Assembly: GCA_043734065.1 (NCBI GenBank)
Contig: JAYTFV010000224.1
Span: forward strand, 1 to 47,884
DNA from: Planctomycetota bacterium
Lineage (GTDB): Bacteria; Planctomycetota; Planctomycetia; Planctomycetales; Planctomycetaceae
Length of the DNA stretch: 47,884 bases
Reading direction: 5' to 3'
Part shown: positions 8,425 through 20,400 of the stretch, piece by piece
Layout of the letters: every line of letters begins with the position of its first letter
How positions within the stretch are numbered: position 1 is the stretch's first letter
Position numbers and translations under genes: made by a program
The notes under the pieces: model-generated
Seen by the model: only the letters and a program-made list of their open reading frames with translations
Told to the model about the DNA's origin: nothing
Database searches by the model: none

Positions 8425-11400
8425 TTACCCCCTGTCTCCCGCTCCCCCCGTCACGATCGAAGCCAGCGACTCCTTGTCTTCCTCGGACCTCTCCTCCTCG
8501 AACCGGTCCATCACCGGCAGGGGGTCGAACGACATCCAGGTCGGCATCACCGAGATCATTGTCGCCAGCAGCGAGCCGCCCCGGATCAACCAGATGACGT
8601 AGCCGACCGTCAGACCCCCGGTGACAGCTGTGGTCGTGCCCACAACGATGTCTTCGACGAGAGCCGAGGAGTGCTGCTGGCTCTCCAGTTGATCGCGGAA
8701 GGAGTTGAGATCATTCCACATCGTCTGGTTTTCGAGGATCGCGTGCGTCAGGTTATGCAGCGAATCGGGAATCAGGGTCGCGATCACGGGAATCAGATCC
8801 GGCATCCGATACAAAGTCTCCCTCATGGTGGATCGCGGCGCGAGGAAGCCACGTGATCCACTGACGAGATCGCCGATACGGGTACTGCGTACAAAGAAGT
8901 CGTCCCCAGTCTCGCTCGTCGACGGTGGGACAGCTTCGTCATGGGCTTGACTGGAATAGACTCCGATCAATCCACCCGTGGATGCAATGGCCTGTCGCGT
9001 GACACCGCTGGAAGCAGTCGTGACAGTGGAGACGACAGGTGTGACCGCGGTATTATTGCCACTGTCGACTCCCGCATTGGTGGTCGTGGTGGTCGTGGTG
9101 CCAGTACCGGAATTGCCATTCAGGCTGCCACCACTCGGAGCGAGGAGTCCCACGGTCAGCGACACCGTGGCCACGCCGCTCGATTCCAATCCATCATTCA
9201 AGACATACGTGAACGAGTCCATGCCGAAGTACAGGTGATCGGCGACATAGGTGAACGTCCCATCGGCGTTGAATGTCAGCGTGCCGTGCTGCGGGCCCTG
9301 CACTATAGTGGCGGTGATCGAAACCGAATCAGAGTCGCTGTCGTTGGCGATCACTCCCGTCATCGCGACCGTCGTCAACGATTGGAATTGCGAGAGCGTA
9401 TACTGGTCATTCACAGCCACCGGCGCCACGTTGACATTGTCGATGAGGATCGTCATGTCGGCCGAGCGAGCCAGACCGGCAGTGTCCTGAACCTGGACGG
9501 TGATCGTGAACGACGACTGGGATTCGTGGGTAAAGTACGCCGCGTTGGCGACCGTGATGTCTCCCGAATTCGGATCGATCGCGAACCGGCCGCCCGTATT
9601 GCCTGCCACGAATGAGTAGGTCAACACATCACCCGCATCCACATCGCTGGCCGCGACGATGCCGACCAGGTTACCGACCGACGACCACTCGTGGATGTGG
9701 TAGGTGCCCGCGAGGATGACCGGTTGCTCGTTCACGTCACTCAGCGAGACGCTGACTGTCTGCTGATTGGTCAGGCCCGCCCGGTCGGCCACCTGAGCGA
9801 TGAGCGAGAATGTGCTGTGCGCTTCGAAGTCGAGAGCCGCGGTGTTCGCGACCGTGATCGCACCGGTGACCGCGTCGATAGCGAACGCTCCCCCGGTGTT
9901 ACCGCTCACGAGTGTGAACGTCAGTTGATCGCCCGCGTCGACATCGCTGGCACTGAGCGTGCCGATGAGCGTGCCGTTGGCGCTGTTCTCGGGCAGACCG
10001 AATGCACCTCCGACCAGGACTGGAGCCTCATTCAGATCGACCAGCGAGATCATGAACCTCCGGTCCAGTGTCAGTCCGCCGGAGTCAGTGACGCGGGCGA
10101 TGATCGTGTGATTGCTGGCGGTCTCGAAGTCGAGACTCCCGTTGACGGTGATCTGGCCGGAGAGCGAATCGACGACGAACAGGCCCCCTGCATCATCGAC
10201 GAGTGAGTAGGTCGCCGTGTCACCGGTATCGACATCGGTCGACGACAACTGGCCGACCGGGGTGCCGAGCAGGCTGTTCTCGTTGACGCTGGCGCTGCTC
10301 AGATTCAGCGAGGTCGGCGTCTCATTGAGGCCGTTGAGATCGATTGTGATCGTGGCCGACTGCGGAGCCCCCACACTGTCGGTGACTGAGACGGCGAGCA
10401 AGTACTGCGGTGTCGTCTCGAAGTCGAGCGCTGCCGGATTCAGCACCGTGATCTGGCCCGTCACAGGGTCGATGGCGAACGCCCCGTTTGTGTTGCCTGC
10501 GTCGATGGCATACGTCAACACCGCACCGGTATCCACGTCACTGGCCATGACCGCGCCAACGACCGTTCCCACGGGGCTGTTCTCGTTGACGTTGAACCTC
10601 TGCGGAGCGATCACCGGCAGGTCGTTCACCGGCGTGATCGTCACATCGAAGGCCGTCTGCGTCGTCGCGGTCCCATCGTCAACGGTCAGCGTGATCGTGA
10701 CCGGACCGCCGTTCTGGTTCAGAGCCGGAGTGATCGTCACCGTGCGATTCGCTCCCGTACCACCGAGGACGATGTTCCCATTCGGAATCAGCGCTGCGTC
10801 GCTCGATGTCGCTGTGACCACGAGGCCCGTGGCCGCTGTCTCGGAATCACCAATCGTGAACACGAGCGGCCCGAGGGTGGTGTCCTCGTTCACCGTCTGG
10901 TTGACCACCGCGCTGATCGTCGGGACATCGTTGACCGGAGTGAACGTCACCGCCACGCTGCTCGGCCCGTTGGACAGGCTGCCATCGCTCACGGTCAGGT
11001 CATACGCCGGTGCGAGGTTCCCGTTGTCGTGAACGAACTGCACGAGCCCGGCGATGATGTCGGCCTGCGTGAACGAGGTGATCGCCGTGCCTGTAGCAGC
11101 CACGAACTCGAACTGCCCATGACTCACATTGCTGGCGGTGTAGGTCGACTGGTCGGGAGTGTTGTCCGGGTCGGCCGTCGACAAGTTCGTGAGACTCAGA
11201 ACGACCGTCCCTCCCTCGCTGATCGTCAGCGTATTGACACTGATCGCGGGGGCGTCATTGACATTCGTGAAGGTCACAACCGCATCCGATGGCCCCACGT
11301 TCGAGCTGCCGTCACTCAGTGTCAGCGAATAGATCGGAGCGGCCTCGCCACCGTCATGGACGAACTGCACGCGGGCGTTGTTGATATCGTCCTGCGTGAA

Positions 11401-14400
11401 CGACGTGATCGTCGACCCCGGTGCGGCGACGAATTCGAACTGCCCACCCGACAAGCCACTCACGGTGTAGCTCAACTGCGAGTCCGAGTTATCGGGATCG
11501 GTCGCGTTGATTTGAGCGTTCGTCAGGACCACCGTGCCGCCCTCAGAAATCGTGAGCGAGTTCGCGGTGAAGCTCGGGGCATCGTTGACGTTCGTGAACG
11601 TGCCGATCGTCACCGTGCTGGGACCGTCGGACAGGCTGCCATCACTGACCGTGAGTTGATACGTGGGAGCCGACTCACCTCCGTCGTGAACGAACTGGAC
11701 AGATCCAGATTTGATGTCCGCATGGGTAAACGTCGTGATCGCCGCACCGGGCGTGGCGACCCACTCAAACTGACCGCCGCTGAGATTGCTGACCGTATAC
11801 GTCAGGTTCGCGGAGGCCGTATCAGGATCGCTGGTACTGATGTTCGCGGCACCGAGCAAGACCGTCCCGCCTTCAGTGATGGACAATGTGTTCGTCGCAA
11901 TGACTGGAGCATCGTTGACTGCCGTGACCGTGATGTTGGCGGTTTCGCTGGCCGTACTGAACGCCGTGCTGCCTCCGTTGGCGCTGACATCCACCTGGGT
12001 TCCCGGCGTGCCGCTAGTTTGATCCCACGCGCGGAAGGTCACTGAGGCGGTCGTCCCATCGAGGCCATTGGGGACGAATCGCAACCGGTCAGTATCGCGC
12101 AGCAGCAGAGCGGAATTGTCGGATGCGCTGCCCACGGCGAACCAGTTGGTCCCGTTGATCGTGTACTCCCAGGTGCCGTTGCCGCTGGTGAGCCCCGTGA
12201 CGGCAAAGCCCTCGAAGGCAAACGCAGAATCGGGGTCGGTCACGCGGTCGCCTCCCGCGCTCATGATGATCGACCCGATCGCATCGCCGCTGTTGGTGAG
12301 GTTGTCCTCCGTGATCGTCACGAGCGTCATCGTGCCGCTGTTGTCGAGGACCGGCGCATCGTTGACCGCGACGACGTTTAAGGTGTTCTGCCCGTTGTTG
12401 CTGGTGCCGCCATCGCCGTCGGTCACCACGATGCGAATCGATCGCGCTGTCGTCGAGGGACTGTCCGAGACGTTCGAGAACTGCACGTTCCTGGCCAGAG
12501 CCTGGACAGCTGAGACCGTCGCATTGGAGTTGAATGTCACCACCAGAGGCGTGGCCCCGCTGGTGCCGCCGGTCCAGGTGCCGATGGCGGTGCCTTGAAA
12601 GGTGACATTCGCCCCGCTGATCCCGATCTGCCCCGCGCCGGTGCCTTGATTTTGGATCGTGATGCGATCGTCGACAGAACCATTGAGCGGGAGCGACGCC
12701 GTCAATGTGCCCGTGTCGAAGTTGGCCGAGTCGACATCCGTGACGCGGGCAGCCGCATCGAACAATACGGGCGTGCCATTCTCGATGAAGGTCACAGCGC
12801 CACTAGGCAGGGAGATGACCGGTGCATCATTGACGGGCGTGATGTTGAGCTGAATGGCATACCCGGACGTGTTCACTCCGCCGTTGCTCGTGCCGCCCGA
12901 GTCGACCACACTGAACGAGAAGAACGATGGCCCGCCGTTGCGATCGGTTGCCGGGCGGAACTGCATGCCCTGCAATTCGGTCAGCGTGTAGGTGCCCACC
13001 GTGACGGGCGTCGTCCCGTCTGCCAGGTAGACGACTCCGAAGAACGTCGGGTGCGGGATTGTGGTGACTTGGTAGGTCAGCGTCTGGCCTGCTTCATCCG
13101 CTCCTCCACCCGGAGAGAACACGAGGCTCCCCAATCCCAGCGAGGTCAGACCGGAGTCTTCCAACACCGTCAGGTTATTGACACTGCCCGCCATCAGCAC
13201 GGGCGCATCGTTGACCGCCATCACGGTGGTGCTGAGCGACACCAGGCTGGAGCTGATGGCCGAGGTTCCGCCGGGGCTGGAGGTGTCGACCAGCACGCGA
13301 GTCGCTCCGCTGGTGAATCCACCCGCATAGCTGTCGTCGAGGCCCCGCAGCGACAGGATTGTCGGAGAGCCATTGAAATCGGCGGCGGGCACAAACCGCA
13401 CTCGCGTGCTGACATCCAGCGCCAGCCCATTCACGCCGACGCTAACAATATCGAACCAGTTGGATCCGCTGTCCGTCGAGTATTGCCAGACCCCTTCCGA
13501 GATCGGGGCAGTGTTGGAGGTGACGGCGATCCCCGACAGGCTCGCCCCCGCGTCGGGATCGCTGAAGCTGCCGGAGAACAGGCTACCGATGGTGGCCCCG
13601 GCAGGCTGAGTGGTGTCTTCCAGAACGGCCGTGAGAGAGCCCGCGCTGATTGTCGGAGCGTCGTTCACGGGCGTGACGTGCAAGTAGACCGTCGCCGTCG
13701 TCGAGTTGAGACTGCCGTCGTTGACGTAATAAGTGAAGGTGTCGACGCCGGTGAAGTTTGCAGCAGGCGTGTAGGTGAACGAGCCATCAGCGTTCAACGT
13801 AAATGCAAGAGCGTGGGCCGGTCCGGTATCGAGAACCGCAGTCAACGAGTCGCCATCCACATCGAAGTCATTGAGCAACACGCCCGGCGCAGCGACAGTG
13901 AGTGTCGTGTCCTCCAGCAGCTTATCGCCCGCCCACGCTGGCTGTCGGCCCGCGACGCCACCGCCGAGAGTTCCCTGATTGAGGGCCGCGGAGCTGTCGA
14001 AGGCCGTGCTGCCGGAGTTTTCTTCGAACCGCCAATTGCCCACGAGATTGGCCTCGGAAGAGCCGGTCAGCGTCGCGTTCATATTGCCCGCAATCTCAGC
14101 CCCCGTGCGAGCAATGTTCCAGACGCGAACGTCGGTGATCTGACCATCAAAATACTGGCCTGAGGGGTTGTTCAACCGGCCGCCAATCGTCAGTTGGTTC
14201 AGCGCGGGATAGACATCACCGATCGTGCCTGACCCCGAGTAGACATTGACACTGACGCCGTTGACATAGGTTGTCACAACCCCGGCGTCATAGGTCAAAG
14301 CGACATGCGTCCAGACTCCGTTGTCCACAAATTGCCCCGTGCCTTGCCAGCTCCAGCCCGGAGTCGTATTGGCCACGGCCCAATAGATTTCGCCGTTGGG

Positions 14401-17400
14401 GAAGATCGAGAGTTCATATTCACCTTCCTTGTTGAGGATCATGCGATTGGAGTTCGCGGACGGTTCGGGATTGATCCAGGCTTCCAGCGTGAACGAGTTC
14501 GTCATGTGCAGGGAGGGAGAGTCAGCGATCGAGACGCTGTCATCGACCCCGTCAAAATCGAGTGCCAGGCGATCATCGGCAGCTCGGGGAGCATTGTTGA
14601 CGGCTGCGACTGACAGACTGGTGCCGTTCGTGCCGACACTGAAGGCGGTGCTGGCTCCAGTGGATGTCACATCGGCTGGACTGCCTGCTGTCCCGGTTGT
14701 CTGGTCCCACGCCTTGTAGTTGAGCAGTCCCGAATTGCCGTTGAAGTTGGCATTCGGGACGAAGCGAATCGCTGCGGTCGCATCCGCCGGGAGCAGGAGC
14801 GCTGCGGTCGTCGAAGGAGTCCCCACAGCGAGCCAGGTGGTCCCGTTGAGGGTGTACTCCCAGGTGCCGTTTGTCGTGGGAACCGAGATGATCGCCACAC
14901 CCTTCAAGGCACCGGCATCCGCATCGGTCACTTCCGTATCGACCAGCTGCGACACCAGCGTCCCACTGTTCGTGACATCATCTTCATTGATCGAATTCAA
15001 GACCGAGGAGGCGACGAGGACCGGGGCGGAATTGGCTGCTGTCAGCGCGAAGTTGGCAGCGAACTCCGAGGTGCTGCCGTAGGCCAGGAAGTCGCTGATG
15101 CCGACCTGAGCAGAGGTTTCGATGCGGGTGGCCGTGGCAGTGACCGAGTCACCAGCGACCAGTGAGACGCCCGTAAGCGCCACTGCCGAAAAAGTCGCAT
15201 CACCACTGGCGTTGGTCGTGACGTTGGTCGAGCCGAGATAGATGCGACCTTCGCCGTTGGTGGCGTCCTGCGTGCCCGCCGGGTTGCCGTAGAACTCAAT
15301 GCGGTATTGAGTGCTCAGCCCATCGGTATTGAGCGAGCCACTGACTGTGAGGTTGGTCCCGTTCAGGGCCGCCGAGGTGATGACCGGGTAGTTCTGCAGT
15401 CCGTTCGCACCAGTGTCGACATCGTTCACATCGTTGGCGGTGACACCGTTGTCATGCAGATCGATGGCCAGATCGCCATTGTTGCGAAAGATGTTGCCGA
15501 GGATCGCGTTCCCGGACCCGGCACTCGAAGCGAAGGCGATTCCGTCCTGGGTATTGTTGGCGATCACATTGCCTTCGCCCACACCCGTCCCTCCGATCAG
15601 GTTGTGGTCAGAGCCAGCTCCCGTGATGCCGATCCCTTGCAGAGCATTCCCGAGTCCCGCCGCACCCAGCGAGTTGGTCCCGAGGAAGTTCCCCTGGATC
15701 GTGTTTTTTGCCGATCCGGTCAGGTAGATGCCATAGTTGGTTGAACCACCGACCGTGTTGCCCGTGATGGTGTTGCCGTCGGTCGAGAGATAGATGCCAG
15801 TTCCCCCGAGGATGGCCATCTGGGTGGCATTGAGGCCGACGGTGTTCCCCTGAATGGTGTTTCCGGCTCCGGTGCTACTCAAGTTGATCCCCCACTGGCC
15901 ATTGGCAGCCACCAGGTTGTCCTGGATCGTCACTCCGCCCGCTCCGAAGTTGACCTCGATCCCGTCGAACGTATTGCCCAGGGTCTGCAACCCGTCCTTG
16001 TCGGTCCCCACGTAGTTCCCCTGAACTGTGGCAGAGACGCCGGTGCCCGTGACATAGACACCGCGGAGGCTGTTGCCGGAGATGACGTTGCCAGCGCCGA
16101 CGCTACTTCCGCCGATCGTGTTCCCGGTCGCCGAGACATTCACCCCGTTGGCCGAGTTCCCAAGGTTGATCTCGCCCGTCAGATCAGTCCCGATGTAGTT
16201 CCCCTCGACAACGTTTCCGGTGGTTCCCGTCCCCTGAATGGAGACGCCATCGCCCTGGTTCCCGGAGATGACATTGCGGGCCGAGGCCGTCGTTCCTCCA
16301 ATGGTGTTGTCGTGGGCTCCGCTGCCCAGGCTGACACCCGATCCAGCGTTGCCGATGATCAGCGTGCCGGATGGATCGGTGCCGATCAGGTTGCCTTGGA
16401 CCACGTTGCCCGTGGCGTTGGAGCCGCTCAGAACCAGGCCAGTGCCAGCGTTGCCAGAGATCATGTTGCCCGCGCCCGCCGCCGTGCCGCCGATCGTGTT
16501 GTTGGAGGAGTCGGCCATGATGAGGCCCGCCCCGCTGTTGGGCACCGCGAATGTCCCGGTGGGATCCAGGCCGATCCAGTTACCCTCGACGAGGGTATCC
16601 GTCGTTCCGCTGGCAAACAGGTCGATGCCATAGGTATTGCCGGAGATCACATTTCGCTCGCTGGCGGTCGTGCCTCCGATGATGTTGTGGGGCGAGTCAT
16701 AGACGAGCATGCCGAACGTGCCGCCTAGCGCCGCCGATCCGCTGGCGTTCGTGCCGATGATGTTGCCTCGCACCAGCGTGTCGGACGTGCCTCCGTTGAG
16801 AAAGATGTTCTGGTTCGTGTTGCCCGCGATCACGTTGCCCGCCCCGGTGGCGGAATAGCCGAGCGTGGTGCCGCTGACATTGCTGATCTGCACGCCCACA
16901 CTGTTGGCCAGCGCAGTTGACCCACTGGCGTTGAGGCCGATGGTGTTGCCCTGGATCGCGTTGCCCGTGGCGGTGGCGTCGTAGACTTTGATGCCGCCCC
17001 CCGTGTTCCCGCTGATCAGATTGCCCTGGGCGAGGCTGCCGCCGATCGTGTTGTTTTGGGACGTGCCGTGAATCGTGATGCCCGAGGCATTGGCCAGCGC
17101 GGCATTTCCCGAAGCATCGGTCCCGATGTCATTCGCGACGACCGTGTTATTGCTGGAGTTGTTGATCTCGACTCCCGACCCCGCATTCCCGGAGATCACG
17201 TTTCGCGCCCCCGCCACTGAGCCACCGATCGTGTTGTTCGCCGCGCCGCCAGTGATGAATACGCCGGTCGACCCGTTGGCGAGCGCCGCGCTGCCTCCGA
17301 CATTGGTGCCGATGAAGTTGCCCTCAATTACGTTGCCGGTCGCCGTGGCACCATCGATTTCGATGCCATAGGCCGTATTGCCCGAGATGAGGTTGCGGGC

Positions 17401-20400
17401 CGCGACCGTCGTTCCGCCGATCGTATTGTTCGCGCTGCTGACATACACGCCGACCATGTTTCCCAGTGCGGCGGTACCGGCGGCATTGGTGCCAATCGAG
17501 TTGCCCTGCACCACGTTGCCAGTGGGAGCGGTGCCATCGAGGATGATGCCTTCGTAGGTACTGGCTGCGACCACGTTCCCCGCGCCCGCCGCCGTGCCAC
17601 CGATGGTGTTGCCGTCGGCTCCGTTAGTGACGATCACCCCGTGATGATTCGCCAGCGCTGCGCTCCCCGTGACGCTCGTCCCGAGGAAGTTGCCCTCGAT
17701 CACGTTGCCAGTCGTCCCGGCACCATCCAGGATGATCCCCGACGCCCCCAGGTGAACTCCCATTTGCCCCGAGATCAGGTTGCGGTCCGCAGCTGTGGTG
17801 CCGCCGATCACGTTTCCACTGCTGCCGCCAGTGACGCTCACCCCGTACCAGGCATTCCCGTAAGCGGTGGTCCCCGTCACGTCGGTGCCCAGATAGTTTC
17901 CAGCGATGAGGTTGTTGTCCGAGTTGTTCAGATCAATGCCGCTGCCGTCGAAGCGGTTGATGACCAGCCCACGAATCGTGCTGCCACTGGCCCCCGAGTT
18001 GAGCCGCAAGCCCTCCGCTCCGGCCCCGGCGTTCCCCCCGTTCAGCTCAATGATCGGCGTGCCCGCGAAATCGGCGTCGGTCGTGCCGTCGATGATCACG
18101 GCATCGGTGAGGGTGGGTAGCCCGCCCGCCGAAACGACGATCGTGTGCGCCCCGCCGACCAGCGGCGCGGCGATGTTGAATTCAATCGTGTCGGTCCCCG
18201 CCGTGGCGTTCGCGGCCAGGATCGCTTCGCGCAGGCTGATCTTGCCGTCGGCTCCCTTGTTGGCGGAGAGGGCCGCGATGCTCGACGTGTCGCCGTCCGC
18301 AGCATCACTGGTCGTGTCGACGGTGACATCGTGCGTGATGGGGATCGGGGACAACAGTGCAATCGCGTCATACTCTTCGCCACTCGCTGTGAGCCCGATG
18401 TCCGAACCCTGCACCAGCAATGCAGCCGAAGCCGAACTGGTTCCCGTGCCGGTCGCGGTGACCGTGAGCGAGAAGATGTCGAATTTCGTGACGGCCAGGT
18501 TGTTCACACCCACGGAATCGGACGCGCTCAGCGAGATCAGCAATTGCCCGGCCGTGAGTGACACGCCTCCCAATGTCGTGTTGGACTGGATCAGTTCCAA
18601 TCCGTAAATCTGCGAGCCGAACCCAATGCCCGCGCTCTGGCCATCAATGAGTTCGGTGCGGGTTCCGATAGTCGTTCCGGGCCCCACATCGGTGACGTGA
18701 TAGAGGCTGACATCGCTACGGTAGGCCGCATTCGCATCCGTCAGCAGAAAGTCCCCCGCGTTCAAGGTCACGCCGCCCACGACCGTGGACGTTTCGACCA
18801 GGGCGAAGTCGCGAGTCCCGCTGCCCCCCATCGGGTTTTGCAGCAGGACGGAGAATGTTCCGCTGCTGTAGTCGCCCGCCGTCGTCGGTCGGAACAGGAT
18901 GATGTCGTCGATTGACACCGCCACGCCGCCCAGGGTTTCATTGGTAGCCGTGCTCAACAGCAGGTCGCCCGGATTCAACGTCACGGCATGGGCGCTGCCC
19001 ACGGTCACGGACCGCGAGACATAATGGAAGCCGTTCAAGTTCACGAAACCGTCGGCGGCAAATGTGTTGAGGTCGAATTCCGTCTTGAAGAAGGTGCCCG
19101 CCGTTATGCCGGGTTCGAAGCTCAGGTTCGGATCGCCGATTTGCACGATCGTGCCCGAGTTCCACGTCAGGCCACCGGCCGCTCCATTGTTGGGACTGGA
19201 GATCCACAGGCCCGTGTTACCACGGACCGAGACCGTGGCGGAAAACTCCGAGGTGTTATTGCCGGAATCGGTCGCGGTGGCCGAGAGGAACTCGCCCGCC
19301 GCAACGCTGCTAGTCAGCGTGGTGTTGATCGCAGCGTTGCCGGAGCCGTCAGTCGTCGCATTCACAAAGCCGAGGTACGTCTGCCCTTGACCATAGCCGG
19401 TGGCGTCGACGGTCGGGGAGGAGAAGAACTCGATGCGAAATGTGCTCGACGCCGTGCTATTCAGCGAGCCGGTGATCGTCGTGTTGCCGCCGGACGAAGC
19501 GGCACTCATCAGCACCGGGAAGTTCTGCAAGTTGTTCGGGCCGCTGTCGCCATCACCCGAGTCGTTGGCGGTGACCTGGTCATTGGCCAGGTCGATGCCG
19601 ACCTGGGTGTTGGAGTAGATCGCGTTGCCCAGGATCGGGTTGCCCGTCGTACCCGCGTTGTCGATCAGGACACCCTGCCAACTGTTGAATGCGATCCGGT
19701 TGCCCGCACCGGCTGCGGTGCCGCCGATATGATTGCTGGTCGCGCCGTTGCTGACCAGCACGCCGCGATTCAGGTTGCCGAGATTCAGCGAGCCCGCGGC
19801 GTCGGTGCCGATGAAGTTCCCCTGCACGATGTTGGAGGATGTCCCCGCGTCGGACAGGAACACGCCATTCAGGTTGCCGCCGATCACGTTCCCCGCACCG
19901 GCTGCTGTGCCTCCCACGATGTTGTCCGCTGCGCCGAGTTGGATCTTCACACCGGCGAGCGCATTGCCGATGACCCCCGTGCCCGCCGCGTTGAGGCCCA
20001 GGTAATTCCCCTGCACGAGGTTGCCGGTCGTACCCGCATCGACGAGATGGATGGCGTTGAAGTCGTTTCCGGAGATCACGTTTCGCGCGGCTGCCGTCGT
20101 GCCGCCGATCGTGTTGTTGGTGGCCCCGTTCGACAGTCGGACGCCCGTCGAGGTGTTGCCCAAGTCGGCATCGCCTGCGGCGTTCGTGCCGATGTAATTG
20201 CCCCGCACGACGTTGCCAGTCGCAGCCGCACCGTCGATGAATATGCCGTAGAGGTTGTTCCCGCTGATCACGTTGCGGTCGGCGGCTGTCGAGCCGCCGA
20301 TGATGTTGCCGCCCGACAGCACCTCGATCCCCGTTCCGGCATTGCCCAGGTCGACCGTGCCCGCCGCGTTCGTGCCGATGTAGTTCCCGGCGATGGTGTT

